A stretch of DNA of 32,000 bases from Methanosarcina siciliae T4/M (GTDB taxonomy: Archaea > Halobacteriota > Methanosarcinia > Methanosarcinales > Methanosarcinaceae). A program made the position numbers and the translations under genes. The first letter of the stretch is position 1. Every line of letters starts with the position of its first letter. The notes under the pieces are model-generated. The model made no database searches and had not been told where the DNA came from. It worked only from the letters and a program-made list of their open reading frames with translations. This document shows positions 20,810-31,377 of the stretch, one piece after another. The stretch is from NCBI RefSeq assembly GCF_000970085.1, contig NZ_CP009506.1, positions 3,190,860 through 3,222,859 of the forward strand, in the 5' to 3' direction.

Positions 20810-22009
20810 TCATTCATCCAGCCCTTTTCTTCCAACGATATAGTTTGCAACCCTCAGGGCGTCCCTTTCTCCCGTCTCTTTTTCGGGAGAGTCACTTAAT
20901 TTCACTACCGGGATGCCGTTAACACTGTGGAGTTTAATCACCATATTCAGGGGAGGGCTTTCCCGGAAGAATTCCGAATTGTTGGTAAGGCTTGTACCTA
21001 TCCCGAAACTGCAGTTGATTTTGTCCTGGCAGTATTTTTTGAGCCTAATTGCGGCTTCGGCGTTGAGGGCATCGCTGAAAACTATTACCTTTTTCATCGG
21101 GTCGATGCCCATTTTCCTGTAATGCCCTATAACCCCGTCCACAAAGGTGAAAGGATCTCCGCTGTCATGTCTGAAGCCGTCGTAGATTTTTGACAGTTTC
21201 AGATCCATGTCCTTAAAAAAGGCCTCAGAGCCGAAGGTATCCGTCAGGGCAATTCCAAGGTCTCCTTTGTAGACCTCCACCCAGTTTTCAAAAGCGAAGC
21301 GGTTAGCATACCTGAGGCCTATAAGTGCGGAAGTGCCCATGATCCACTCGTGGCCTACCGTACCTATAGGTTTTAAACCGTACTTTTTTGCAAAAAATAC
21401 ATTGCTAGTCCCTGTGAGGGTTTTTATCGGCAGTAGGGTTTTCATCACCTGGTCATGGAGTTCAAAGCTTCTCCTTCTTCTGGTTCCGAATTCGGCAAAA
21501 AGGCAGCCGTTTTCCTCAAGGGCCTTTCCTATTTCCAGGATTTTTTCTCCATAGGCTTCAAGGAGGGGTTCGGATGTTGAGGGGCTTTTCCCGTTCCATT
21601 CTTTTTCTATAGTTGTGAAGTAGATCTCGGAGACCGCAGCCATAAGGACAATCTCCCAGAGAATCGTGCTGTGCCAGAGCCCTTTTATCCGGATGTCCAG
21701 TTCTTTTTCTTCGGTGAGGCAGACTTTTACTTCCCCGGGTTTGAAACGGAAATTTTTGAGGTATTCAAGGTACATGGGTTTTAAAAAAGAGCAGTTTTCA
21801 CCAAGCCACTGGTATTCGTCTTCTGTCAGCACCAGGGCGGAGATCTCTTCGTCTATGACTCTCCGGAGCTCTTCTACAAACTCCCGGGAAAAACGCTGGG
21901 GTCCCCTGTTGGTAAAACGGTATTCTGCTTCTGCTTTTGGAAATAATTCCAGTACAGCCATCTGCATGGTGAATTTATAAAGGTCGTTATCAAGTATGGA
22001 TTTTATCAC
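20810..22009 (-). CDS. pncB: Nicotinate phosphoribosyltransferase
   Basis: 399 aa. The N-terminus [16 protein letters not shown] plus [14 protein letters not shown] and TVGHEW are typical PncB motifs. The GTG start is preceded by GGAAGG. Confidence 0.92.
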   Translation of the reverse strand: MIKSILDNDLYKFTMQMAVLELFPKAEAEYRFTNRGPQRFSREFVEELRRVIDEEISALVLTEDEYQWLGENCSFLKPMYLEYLKNFRFKPGEVKVCLTEEKELDIRIKGLWHSTILWEIVLMAAVSEIYFTTIEKEWNGKSPSTSEPLLEAYGEKILEIGKALEENGCLFAEFGTRRRRSFELHDQVMKTLLPIKTLTGTSNVFFAKKYGLKPIGTVGHEWIMGTSALIGLRYANRFAFENWVEVYKGDLGIALTDTFGSEAFFKDMDLKLSKIYDGFRHDSGDPFTFVDGVIGHYRKMGIDPMKKVIVFSDALNAEAAIRLKKYCQDKINCSFGIGTSLTNNSEFFRESPPLNMVIKLHSVNGIPVVKLSDSPEKETGERDALRVANYIVGRKGLDE

Positions 22010-22265
22010 GGAAGGCCTTCCTTTAACGTTTTAGCTTGCTTCTGGCGCAACATCCGTAACTTCTCAGTAATATTGCGGCTTTTTGCTTCACGTATATAAC
22101 CTGTTATATTTTTAAAATTTCTGATGTACCTGCTCAAAAACAAGTTTTCTTTTTTAAGTTCGGGCAGCCCTTTAACCTTTTTCCTGCTTTTTCTTCCAAA
22201 CAAATAATTACCGGAAAGAAAGATAATTTGTCTGGACATTAATTTTAACAGGGGGTTCCCGGTAT

Positions 22266-23450
22266 ATGGAAAGGGAATTTAAGTTTTCAACAAAATGCGT
22301 GCATGCAGGAGAGCGGCCGGAACCTGTCTTCGGGGCGCATACGACTCCGATATTTCAGACTTCGACTTTTATTTTTGAGAATGTCGAACAGGGGGCTGCC
22401 AGGTTTGCAGAAGAGGAAACCGGGTACGTATACACAAGAATCCCTCCGAACACACCTACACATGCGGTTCTTGCTGAAAAGGTTGCTTCACTTGAGGGTG
22501 GGGAGGCAGGACAGACCTTTTCCTCGGGAATGGCTGCGATAACCGCAGTTGTACTCTCAACCCTGAAACAGGGAGACAACCTGATCTCTACGGATGTGGT
22601 GTACGGCTGCACTTACAGCCTCTTTTCGGAGATCCTGCCCGGTCTCGGGATAGATGTCAGTTTTGTTGATACTTCCGATATAGGGAAGGTGAAGGCAGCC
22701 TTTAAATCGGAAACCAGGATGGTTTTTCTGGAAACGCCTGCCAATCCCACAATTACGGTCTGCGACATCAGGGAGATTTCCAAACTTGCAAAGGCACAGG
22801 GAGCCATTTGCATCGTGGACAATACCTTTGCAACGCCGTATTTCCAGAAACCTCTTGAACTCGGGGCGGACATATCCCTCAGCAGCTGCACAAAATACAT
22901 AGGTGGGCACGCAGACCTGCTTGGCGGAGTCATTGTAGGGAGCAGGGATTTTATGAAAAGTCTGGGAAAGGTTGTCGGATATACAGGAGGGATTATGGGC
23001 CTGCACGAAGCCTGGCTCTGTATCAGGGGACTTAAGACTCTGCACATCCGGATGGAAAGGCATGCAGAGAACGCCCTGAAGGTTGCAAACTTCCTTGAGT
23101 CTCATCCCAAAGTAGAATGGGTCAGGTATCCCGGACTTTCAAGCCATCCTCAGCACGAGGTCGCAAAAAAACAGATGAGCGGTTACGGTGGCATGCTCTC
23201 TTTTGAGATCCGGGGAGGGGGTGAAGCCGGAAGCAGGCTTATGAACAGTGTCAGGCTCTGTTCCCTTGCAGTGAGCCTTGGGGCAACTGATACCCTTATC
23301 CAGCATCCCGCTTCCATGACCCATGCCGGCATTCCCAGGAATATCAGAAATAAGGTCGGAATTAAAGACGGCCTTGTCAGGCTGTCTGTGGGAATTGAAG
23401 ATTCTGAGGATATAATTGCAGACCTTGAACAGGCCCTATCAAAAATTTGA
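22266..23450 (+). CDS. Cys/Met-metabolism PLP-dependent enzyme (cystathionine gamma-synthase / methionine gamma-lyase / O-acylhomoserine sulfhydrylase family)
   Basis: 394 aa with TKCVHAG, TPIFQTSTF, FSSGMAAI, VDNTFATP and SCTKYIGGHADLLGG (PLP Lys). The exact reaction cannot be assigned from sequence alone. Confidence 0.88.
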   Translation: MEREFKFSTKCVHAGERPEPVFGAHTTPIFQTSTFIFENVEQGAARFAEEETGYVYTRIPPNTPTHAVLAEKVASLEGGEAGQTFSSGMAAITAVVLSTLKQGDNLISTDVVYGCTYSLFSEILPGLGIDVSFVDTSDIGKVKAAFKSETRMVFLETPANPTITVCDIREISKLAKAQGAICIVDNTFATPYFQKPLELGADISLSSCTKYIGGHADLLGGVIVGSRDFMKSLGKVVGYTGGIMGLHEAWLCIRGLKTLHIRMERHAENALKVANFLESHPKVEWVRYPGLSSHPQHEVAKKQMSGYGGMLSFEIRGGGEAGSRLMNSVRLCSLAVSLGATDTLIQHPASMTHAGIPRNIRNKVGIKDGLVRLSVGIEDSEDIIADLEQALSKI

Positions 23451-23598
23451 TGCTGGGAGAAAACGATTCAACCTGTTTTAAGTGGATTTCACCTGTCATA
23501 TTTTCAGAATCAGATAAGGTATATTTGCTGCTGGAGTAATCTTTATTTCAACATGGAGCCTAAAATCAGAAACTTAAGACCAGATAACCGTAAGTCTA

Positions 23599-23676
23599 AC
23601 AGAAAAGCCTGAACCTTAAGATAAACAGAAAAGCCTGAACCTTAAGATAAACAGAAAAGCCTGAACCTTAAGATAA
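23599..23676. repeat. Perfect 26-bp tandem repeat ACAGAAAAGCCTGAACCTTAAGATAA x3, ending 28 nt upstream of the pfpI start
   Basis: Read directly: 23599-23624, 23625-23650 and 23651-23676 are identical, followed by a partial AACCTTAA. Confidence 0.95.
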
Positions 23677-23704
23677 AACCTTAACTTAACCGGGGGAGTT
23701 TCAT

Positions 23705-24205
23705 ATGAAAGCACTTGTATTCGGAGCTGATGGTTTTGAAGATGTCGAACTTATCTACCCTTACCACCGTCTGAAAGAAGAAGGTATAACCGCACATATC
23801 GCTTCCATGAAGAGGGGACCGATAACAGGAAAGCACGGTTATGTCCTCGATGCTGACATTACCTTTAAGGATATAAACCCTGCAGATTACGACATCCTTG
23901 TGATATCCGGCGGAAAAGGGCCCGAAAAAATGAGGCTCGACAAAGATGCACTTGAGATTACAAAATACTTCTTCAAAGAAAACAAACCCGTTGCTGCAAT
24001 CTGCCACGGCCCGCAGGTTCTTGTCTCGGCAGGCGTGATAAAGGGCAGGAAAGCTACCTGCTGGATAGGAATCAGGGATGACATCATAGCTGCAGGAGCG
24101 CTTTACGAGGATAGCGAAGTTGTAGTGGACGGAAACCTTGTATCTTCAAGGAATCCGGGAGACCTGCACGCTTTCGGAAGGGAAATGATTAAGCTGCTGA
24201 AGTGA
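23705..24205 (+). CDS. pfpI: PfpI/DJ-1-family intracellular protease/deglycase
   Basis: 166 aa with a nucleophile elbow (AAICHGPQVL) and ILVISGG. Length and layout are typical of PfpI. SD GGGGGA is present. Confidence 0.92.
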   Translation: MKALVFGADGFEDVELIYPYHRLKEEGITAHIASMKRGPITGKHGYVLDADITFKDINPADYDILVISGGKGPEKMRLDKDALEITKYFFKENKPVAAICHGPQVLVSAGVIKGRKATCWIGIRDDIIAAGALYEDSEVVVDGNLVSSRNPGDLHAFGREMIKLLK

Positions 24206-24282
24206 AATGTTCTTAGGAGTACAGGGTTTCGGGGATGGTAGACTAGACTGTATAGTCTGTCTGTATAAACCTGAATAAGAGA

Positions 24283-24717
24283 TTGGCGAAGGTCATAGAC
24301 ATCAATCAATTCCTTCGATTCTTCGCGATGGAAGTTCTTTTGAAACACTGGGACGGATATACAAACAAATTAAACAACACATATATTTATAATGATGTTG
24401 TGGCTGTGAAGTCCTGGAAGCAAAAAAGTTCCAAAAACAGAGAAAAAGCAAAACAGAGACTTGCAAAACTCCATGAGAAAATAAGCAATCAGAGAAATGA
24501 TTTTCAGCACAAGCTCTCTTTTAAACTTGTTAGCGAAAACCAAGCTTTAGCTGTAGAAACCATCGGAGATACCAAGAAATACATCTTTATGTACCCGATA
24601 CAGTTACAGTGGATATGCGGTATATTTCCCTGTCTGGTCAATTGGGAATTTGCAAGTTCAAAAACAGAGAGTATGACACTATCTATTGCAGTGCCACAGT
24701 GCATACCTCTGGGGTAA
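24283..24717 (+). pseudogene. Chimeric gene scar: a CotH-like fragment fused to an IS200/IS605 TnpB (OrfB) internal fragment
   Basis: IDINQFLRFFAMEVLLKHWDGYTNKLNNTYIYND resembles the CotH-kinase-family core. KQRLAKLHEKISNQRNDFQHKLSFKLVSENQALAVETI resembles the TnpB RuvC-II region (R-D-x-HK ... vE-L). No intact N- or C-terminal TnpB parts are present. Confidence 0.45.
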
Positions 24718-24871
24718 TCTGAACGTTTATAGCTTCCTTTACTTTTGGGAATGGCAGGTGAAAATATCGGAATGCCTGAAAATTAAACCGCACTTATTAA
24801 AGTGTTTTTACGAATAATGGTTAAGAATAATGATCTGGCTCGAAATAACCCTTACACGTATGGTTTCGGGT

Positions 24872-25096
24872 TTAATAACGGATGGGATTAGAACCATACC
24901 TCGAACCTTTTTGTTCTTCATCCTCTACTTTTATTTTATGCGATACGGTTTTTTCAGCTGTTTTTTCGTCTTCTACTTTTATTTTATACCAGCCACACCA
25001 ACGGCAACTTTCTTTGCAGTGCATGATGTGTTTTACAATATGAGCAAAACCTATTATCGCTAAGATAAAACCCACTATTTTTATTAATTTATGCAT
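24872..25096 (-). CDS. Hypothetical small membrane protein (74 aa): N-terminal TM, HCKESCRWCG Cys motif, KIKVEDE internal repeat
   Basis: The ATG is preceded by GGAGTG at about 9 nt. There is one clear TM helix followed by a charged repeat tail. It is favoured over the overlapping plus-strand ORF. Confidence 0.45.
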   Translation of the reverse strand: MHKLIKIVGFILAIIGFAHIVKHIMHCKESCRWCGWYKIKVEDEKTAEKTVSHKIKVEDEEQKGSRYGSNPIRY

Positions 25097-25300
25097 AATT
25101 ATTCACTCCAAGCTATTATTGTACCTTATCGTTTATGAAGATACGCAAACAGGTAGAAAGTCATCACCAGGCAGCAAATGAGTGATGCATACTAAAAAAC
25201 GGAGAGTATTGACTAGATAACAGAAAAAGATAGCAGAAAAGATTGTTTCTACGAGAAAGAAACCTTTAACGGTTCTCTATTGGTATTTTATCCAGTTTCC

Positions 25301-25329
25301 CGGATAGAGCTATCCGCTCATCTTTTTTT
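25301..25329 (+). terminator. Orphan hairpin CGGATAG-AG-CTATCCG followed by a T7 run
   Basis: Read directly: a 7-bp perfect stem at 25301-25316 and T7 at 25323-25329. No annotated plus-strand gene ends nearby. Confidence 0.3.
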
Positions 25330-25468
25330 CATGTCGGATTTCTAACCTATAAAATAAAGATAAGTTTATTAACCGTTGGTATTTATTGGGGCTGAAATCA
25401 CTTATAGAGAATAGCCGCCTATGAAATGATACAAATGGATTCAATGGAAAAAATATTTGGAAATAAAC

Positions 25469-25744
25469 ATGATGAAACTAAAAGAAATAAAGAATAATGC
25501 AAAAAAATACCTGGAATTATGTAAATTTATATATGCAGACTCTCGCACCCCCAAAATTTCAAAAATATTATTATGGATTGCCATAGGCTATGCATTATCA
25601 CCAATCGATTTAATACCTGATTTCATACCTGTAATTGGATATCTCGATGATATGGTAATCCTTCCCGTTCTTTTGTATATTGCAATAAAATCAGTACCTA
25701 AAGATGTGTATATAGAAAATTACGTTAAGATTTTAAAGAAATGA
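25469..25744 (+). CDS. DUF1232 (YkvA-like) family membrane protein
   Basis: YALSPIDLIPDFIPVIGYLDDMVILPVLL matches the DUF1232 signature. The start is moved to the ATG at 25469. Confidence 0.75.
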   Translation: MMKLKEIKNNAKKYLELCKFIYADSRTPKISKILLWIAIGYALSPIDLIPDFIPVIGYLDDMVILPVLLYIAIKSVPKDVYIENYVKILKK

Positions 25745-26082
25745 GAATAACGGGAATAAATTATCGAAAAACGTAGGCATGAGAAATTCTCTACATTTTC
25801 CTCAAGTATGGAGGATAATCCCTTTTTCGAACTTGACAACTAACTCAAGGATACGACCAAATTTTGAAAGCAATAAATATTTTACGCTTTACCAATGCTG
25901 TTTTTTGCTATTGAGTGAAAATACCAGGAATGTGGAGTCTTAAAAAACTTTGTAAAATTGTGATGGAGTATGAGCTCGTCAACCTGTCTATCTGGCTATT
26001 TTCCATCGATAGTATTATTGTATAAATAAAAAAAATACAAATAAACACAAAATATATAAACAGTAATTATGTATAATCAAAA

Positions 26083-26331
26083 GTGTGTCAATCTCACAAA
26101 AAAACAACAAACGTAACAATAGACAAAGCAATAATCTTAGCTCCAACGGTCCTTATTTACTTTATTAGTTACTTTTTTATATTTATTAAAGAAAACCGAA
26201 TGAAAACAATAACATTGGACTATACAACCGCCTTAATAAGCTTAATACCAATAATAATATTTTTAGCAGCAATATTTATTTATCACAAATTATCAAGCAA
26301 AGCGGTTAATAGTACCAAAAAAATTCCTTAA
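26083..26331 (+). CDS. Hypothetical small two-TM membrane protein (82 aa from GTG, or 43 aa from the ATG at 26200)
   Basis: Two hydrophobic helices in an AT-rich region, with no recognisable family. The ORF is bracketed by a 12-bp inverted repeat. Confidence 0.3.
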   Translation: MCQSHKKTTNVTIDKAIILAPTVLIYFISYFFIFIKENRMKTITLDYTTALISLIPIIIFLAAIFIYHKLSSKAVNSTKKIP

Positions 26332-26803
26332 AAAAGGTTAATTTTGTGAGATTTTCTTATTTTCAGGCAGTGTGCCAATTTTTCTATAAAATTTCCTCTC
26401 TACCCTTTTTCTCTTGTTTTTTCAATAAAATAAAGCCTTTAACTTCAACAAGGATTATTTCGGACAAACAGGAATGAATAATTGTTACCGTAAATGAAGA
26501 ATTTCATGCAAAAATGTTTGAATCAATATAAATATTTTTTATTTAGTTATAGTGAATTAGTAAATTATTTGGCGAAAGAAGAATCCATGAATTTTTTAAA
26601 AGTTATAATGAATGAAAAAATATTAAAGCTACAGATATTGATAATTAAGGTAAAAGGATAAAGATTCAGAAAGAACTTCAAAAAAAATAAGTTACCACCT
26701 AATAATTTATAATCTTTTTTGGAAAAGAAAATAAATAAGTTGAGATTCATACAGAGAGTAAATCTATACAAAATTTTCCATTCAGTTGTAAAAACCATGA
26801 AAA

Positions 26804-29089
26804 ATGATATTCAAGATGATCGAATTGTACGCTTCCAATAAACCAAAAGTTCTCATAATTGACGACGAAAGAGACCAGGCAGAGTTACTATGCTTACAAC
26901 TCGAAGATGAATATCTTCCTATCCCTGCATACAGCGGAAAAGAAGCTATCGAACTTGTGAAAGCTGAACTTCCTGATTTGATATTATTAGATATGAAGCT
27001 GCCTGAGAGTGACGGATATGAGATATGCAGCACACTCAAAAGTGATCCAGAATACAGGTTCATACCCATAATCATAATTTCCGGATTTTTTGAGGATACA
27101 ACTAACATGAAAGCAATTCAATGCGGAGCTGACGATTTTATTCACAAGCCGCTAAACAGGTTTGAGCTTAAAACAAGGATAAAGTCTTTAATCCGGATAA
27201 AAAAGAATTATAAAGCCCTGCAGGAAAGTGAGAGCAGGTATAAACAGCTTTTTAACAACATTCCGGCTGTCACCCTTCTCATTGACCCGGTCAATTACCG
27301 TATTGCCGATGCAAACGAGCCTGCGTTTGCTTACTACGGGTATACGTATGCAGAGATGACTGCAAAAAAAATCACTGATATCAGTATACACTCCCGGGAA
27401 AGAAACAAAGAGACCATCCAGCAGTTTTTTTCCGAGAAGAAAGGCCATTTTTATTCCTGCCATAAGCTTGCCAATGGTGAAACAAGGAATGTAGAGATGT
27501 ATATCAATACAATAAACATCAGAGGCAAGGAGCTTATTATTACAAACGTCTATGATGTTACTTTCAACAAAAAGACAGAAATTGAACTCAGGGAATCGGA
27601 AGAAAAATTCAAACAGGTTGTAGAACTCTCAATTGACGGCATGATTATAGGGGCAAATAGTGGAAAAATTGTTGACTGTAATGAGGCAGCCTGCAGAATC
27701 TTCGGGTACGATAAAGAAGAAATGCTGGAACTGAACGTAGCTGATATTCTCAGGGAAAACTTTAGAAGAGGCATTTCGGAGATAATAAACGTCAAAGCAG
27801 TCCCGGACAATAAAATCATCGAGAGTATAAATAAAAGAAAGGACGATACGTTCTTTACGGCTGAAATTGCAACCCGAAAATTCAAACTGGGGGATGAAGA
27901 AAGGCTGATAGTGTATGTCCGCGACATTACGGAGCGTAAAAAGGCGGAAAGGGATCTTAAATCAAGCGAAGAGAACTTCCGTGCTCTTGTCAACAATACT
28001 CTTGACGGTATAATCATACTTAACTTTGAAGGGAAAGTCGTTGCTGCAAACGCTGCTATTGGAAAAATGTTTAACATGGAACTCGAAAAGATAATCGGTA
28101 TGAGCATTGCAAAATACCTCGCTCCAGAATCAATACCGGTTGCAATTAAAGACCAGATAAATGTCCTCAATGATCAGGGGGGTTACCTCAGTGTTTACAA
28201 AGCAATCTCTTCAACAGGCAAACATTTCTGGATTGAAGGGCTTGGTACAAAAATAATCTACCAGAACCAGCCGGCAAATATCGTAGTTATAAGGGACATA
28301 ACTGTTAGAAAAAAAGCAGAAGAAGCGCTGATAAATGCAAAAACAGCTGCCGAGGTGGCGAACCGCACAAAAAGCGAGTTTTTAACCAACATGAGCCACG
28401 AACTGAAGACTCCTCTGAATTCCATAATCGGGTTTTCGGACCTGCTAAAAGAAGAAATCACAGGGCCCCTTAACGAAAAACAGTCCAGGTATGTTCAGTT
28501 TATTTCTTCAAGTGGAAAAAATCTTCTTAATATTATCAATGATATACTCGATTTGTCAAAAATAGAAGCCGGAGAAAAAGACCTCCATATGGAAGAGTTT
28601 TCCGTAGATGAAGCTATCAAAACAGTTATCTCAATGGTTCTTCCAAAAACTCAGGAGAAGAATATAATATTAAATTACCATTCCGAAAACAGAACTTTAT
28701 GGATCGCTGCTGATGAAAGTAAGTTCCGACAGATCATGGAGAACTTATTAAGTAATGCTATTAAGTTCACACCTGCCAACGGTCTAATTGATGTAACCTC
28801 AAAACAGGAAGACACCCTTGCAACTATCGAAGTCAAAGACACGGGAATAGGAATCCCTGAGGACAGCCTTGAAAAGATATTTGAGCCATTTATCCAGCTC
28901 GATTCATCTCTAAGCCGCAATTTTGAAGGTACTGGACTTGGGCTGACCCTGGTAAAAAAGTATGTTGAAATGCACGGCGGAAATATTTATGTGGAAAGCA
29001 AAATGGACGAAGGTTCGTCTTTCAGATTCGAACTGCCGGTAATCCGAAAGAAGGAAATTGAACCCACTCTAAAGTTGCTGGAGAACTAA
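26804..29089 (+). CDS. Hybrid sensor histidine kinase: N-terminal receiver, three PAS domains, HisKA, HATPase_c
   Basis: REC domain: KVLIIDDERD, DLILLDMKLPESDG, IHKPL. Three PAS-like blocks start at SESRYKQLFNNIPA, SEEKFKQVVELSIDG and SEENFRALVNNTLDG. The H-box is FLTNMSHELKTPLNSI. N/G boxes are LLSNAIKFT, DTGIGI and GTGLGLTLVKKYVEMHGG. Confidence 0.93.
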   Translation: MIFKMIELYASNKPKVLIIDDERDQAELLCLQLEDEYLPIPAYSGKEAIELVKAELPDLILLDMKLPESDGYEICSTLKSDPEYRFIPIIIISGFFEDTTNMKAIQCGADDFIHKPLNRFELKTRIKSLIRIKKNYKALQESESRYKQLFNNIPAVTLLIDPVNYRIADANEPAFAYYGYTYAEMTAKKITDISIHSRERNKETIQQFFSEKKGHFYSCHKLANGETRNVEMYINTINIRGKELIITNVYDVTFNKKTEIELRESEEKFKQVVELSIDGMIIGANSGKIVDCNEAACRIFGYDKEEMLELNVADILRENFRRGISEIINVKAVPDNKIIESINKRKDDTFFTAEIATRKFKLGDEERLIVYVRDITERKKAERDLKSSEENFRALVNNTLDGIIILNFEGKVVAANAAIGKMFNMELEKIIGMSIAKYLAPESIPVAIKDQINVLNDQGGYLSVYKAISSTGKHFWIEGLGTKIIYQNQPANIVVIRDITVRKKAEEALINAKTAAEVANRTKSEFLTNMSHELKTPLNSIIGFSDLLKEEITGPLNEKQSRYVQFISSSGKNLLNIINDILDLSKIEAGEKDLHMEEFSVDEAIKTVISMVLPKTQEKNIILNYHSENRTLWIAADESKFRQIMENLLSNAIKFTPANGLIDVTSKQEDTLATIEVKDTGIGIPEDSLEKIFEPFIQLDSSLSRNFEGTGLGLTLVKKYVEMHGGNIYVESKMDEGSSFRFELPVIRKKEIEPTLKLLEN

Positions 29090-29299
29090 AAACAAATGAC
29101 TGAAACTCTGCAACTAAAAAACATTAACTAAAAAAACTAACTGGAAAACATTAACAGAAGAAACACTAACTGAAAAATATCAGCTAAAAAAACATTATCT
29201 GATTTTGCAGAATTTCTCCGTTACTGACTACTCTTTTAATTGTTTTGTTTTTTCCGCTCCTCAGTTGAAAGTTATGGAAACAAAAGTTTCCCGTTTGAA

Positions 29300-29335
29300 A
29301 AAGATCCAGATTTGGAAAGATCCAGATTTAAAGAT
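29300..29335. repeat. 16-bp-period direct repeat AAAGATCCAGATTT x2 plus a partial third copy, abutting ATATCCTT x2
   Basis: Read directly: 29300-29313 and 29316-29329 are identical, AAAGAT recurs at 29330-29335, and ATATCCTTATATCCTT follows. Confidence 0.9.
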
Positions 29336-29370
29336 ATCCTTATATCCTTACCCCTTCATAGCACAGCCCG

Positions 29371-30135
29371 ATGACAAGCTACAAAGTTCTGGTAAGGGAT
29401 GTTATAAAACAATCAGATGTCCTTCTTGAGGTTATAGATGCCCGATTTCCTGACGAGACCCGAAACAGTGAGGTTGAAAAGGAGATCATTCGTTTAAAGA
29501 AGCCTTTCATAATAGTCATCAATAAGTGCGACCTTGTCTCAAAAGAGAAACTCGAGAAAACCAAAATCCGTCTCTCCAGAATCGCTCCCACGGTTTTTGT
29601 ATCCGGCAAGGACAGGTCCGGGACAACTATATTAAGGCACCAGATCCTTGAATCTGCCTGCATAAAAGGGCGGAAAATCCTTGTCGGCACCCTCGGGTAT
29701 CCCAATGTGGGTAAATCCTCCGTTATCAATGGAGTTACCGGCAGGCACAGGGCGAGCACGTCCCCGATATCCGGCCACACAAAAGGTGTGCAGCACGTGG
29801 ACGCAGGGTCACGTATCATGTTTATGGACACCCCCGGAGTCATCCCCTTCGATGAAAACGATGAATATGTCCAGGGCCTGCTGGGGATAAAGGATGCAAA
29901 CCACCTGAAGGACCCTGTAGGAGTGGCCCTTAAGATAATAGAAATAATGCTTGTCGAAAACAAGACTGCTCTTGAGGCTTTTTATAATGTCACCCTCGAA
30001 GCCCGGGACTCTTACGCCGTAATTGAACTGATAGGCAAACAGTGCAATTTTCTCCAGAAGAAAGGCGAGGTGGATGAAATGAGGACAGCAGTCAGAATAA
30101 TCAATGACTGGCAAACCGGGCTACTGCTTATCTGA
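29371..30135 (+). CDS. Circularly permuted GTPase of the YlqF/RbgA (MMR_HSR1) ribosome-biogenesis family
   Basis: G4 NKCD precedes G1 GYPNVGKSS and G3 DTPG. The N-terminus reads SDVLLEVIDARFP. Confidence 0.88.
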   Translation: MTSYKVLVRDVIKQSDVLLEVIDARFPDETRNSEVEKEIIRLKKPFIIVINKCDLVSKEKLEKTKIRLSRIAPTVFVSGKDRSGTTILRHQILESACIKGRKILVGTLGYPNVGKSSVINGVTGRHRASTSPISGHTKGVQHVDAGSRIMFMDTPGVIPFDENDEYVQGLLGIKDANHLKDPVGVALKIIEIMLVENKTALEAFYNVTLEARDSYAVIELIGKQCNFLQKKGEVDEMRTAVRIINDWQTGLLLI

Positions 30136-30263
30136 AAAGTTGATAAAGCTCCTGCTCCGGAACAAAAAATCTTGTCTGATTCGGGCGACAGTCTGTTCGG
30201 AAAAAAGAAAAAGTATTCAAGCTTAAAAAAGAAATCAACATACAAAGATCAGGAGCGAGAAGG

Positions 30264-30479
30264 ATGAACGAAAGACTGGAGCAAAACCCCGAAAAAAAAG
30301 AAGAACTGGAAAAAGCAGGAAAAACAGAAATAGAAATGAAACCAGAAAAAACAGGAAAAATTGAAGAAGAAATGAAATCCGAAAGAGAGAAAATATTGAG
30401 AAAAAAACTAATTCTGGTTACCTCAAAACTATTGATCATAGTTTTAGTGATCCTGCTAGCCCTGCTTTCCCAGAAGTAA
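30264..30479 (+). CDS. Hypothetical small tail-anchored protein (71 aa): Lys/Glu-rich N-terminus with an 11-aa repeat, C-terminal TM
   Basis: The ATG is preceded by a purine-rich GGAGCGAGAAGG. AGKTEIEMKPE / TGKIEEEMKSE form a repeat. The C-terminus is LILVTSKLLIIVLVILLALL. Confidence 0.35.
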   Translation: MNERLEQNPEKKEELEKAGKTEIEMKPEKTGKIEEEMKSEREKILRKKLILVTSKLLIIVLVILLALLSQK

Positions 30480-30663
30480 AGCAGGATATGGCAAACGGGC
30501 CTGTTATCGAGGAAGCTTACTTTTCTTTGACCACGCAGAAGTTCTGAAGTGTGCCCGGACCGTAGACCGGACAACAACGTAATAACATTAAGTATAAAAA
30601 TATCTCAAAAGTTTGGTTCCGACAGAAAAAAAATGGTTGCCTGTAAGGCACGAAAGATAAGTT

Positions 30664-31191
30664 TCAGCCCAATTCCCTGAGGAAACCATTTGAGATTTTT
30701 TCAGGTAATTCGTCCCGGTTCTCCTTATCAACCGTCAAAAGTTCAAACCCTTTTCTAATCCTCTGCGCAAGCGGATGCCTGCTTGACCTGTGCAGAACAG
30801 CCAGGGCAGATTTATCCGATTGCAAAACTTCCTCAACCGCAGAAACGAAAGACCCGGATATGAGTTCCATCGGCCCGATCTCATCTATCACTACCAGATC
30901 GCAGGCAAGAGCATCCCGGACTGCGCTTGCTCCGATTCTTTCAAGGTCTTCAAGGTTAACGTGATATTTTCCAAGCCTGGGTCCGCTGCCTTTCACATGG
31001 CTAAGAATTCCTGTCTTTCCTGTCGCAAGGTCCATGATTGAAAAACCTTCCCTATGCCCTTCTTTCCGAATTTCGGCAGTCTGGATGCCGCCTATTTTGA
31101 AGCCCGGCTGCTCAGCAAGTTTTTCGACGACTTTTGTTACAACTGTTGATTTCCCAACTCCCGGACTGCCGGTTACTGCAATTCTTAACAT
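30664..31191 (-). CDS. Nucleoside-triphosphatase THEP1 (MJ1559-like NTPase)
   Basis: MLRIAVTGSPGVGKST (Walker A), LVVIDEIGPMEL (Walker B) and a length of about 175 aa. The start is set at the ATG 31191, preceded by AGGGGAAGG; the track ORF starts at the TTG 31227. A TATA-like TTATATAAAA lies about 50 nt upstream. Confidence 0.88.
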   Translation of the reverse strand: MLRIAVTGSPGVGKSTVVTKVVEKLAEQPGFKIGGIQTAEIRKEGHREGFSIMDLATGKTGILSHVKGSGPRLGKYHVNLEDLERIGASAVRDALACDLVVIDEIGPMELISGSFVSAVEEVLQSDKSALAVLHRSSRHPLAQRIRKGFELLTVDKENRDELPEKISNGFLRELG

Positions 31192-31377
31192 TGGTTTTTC
31201 CTTCCCCTTTCTATTCTCATTTCCCAAAAAAATATTCCTGATTTTATATAACCTTAACTCTGCCTATTTATAGGGACTATATCATCTAATTTGCTTATTT
31301 TTTCTCATTTTTAATATCAGTAGAACGATTTCAAATCGAAACTTATATATGCCTATATTCCCTACATAATAGGGATT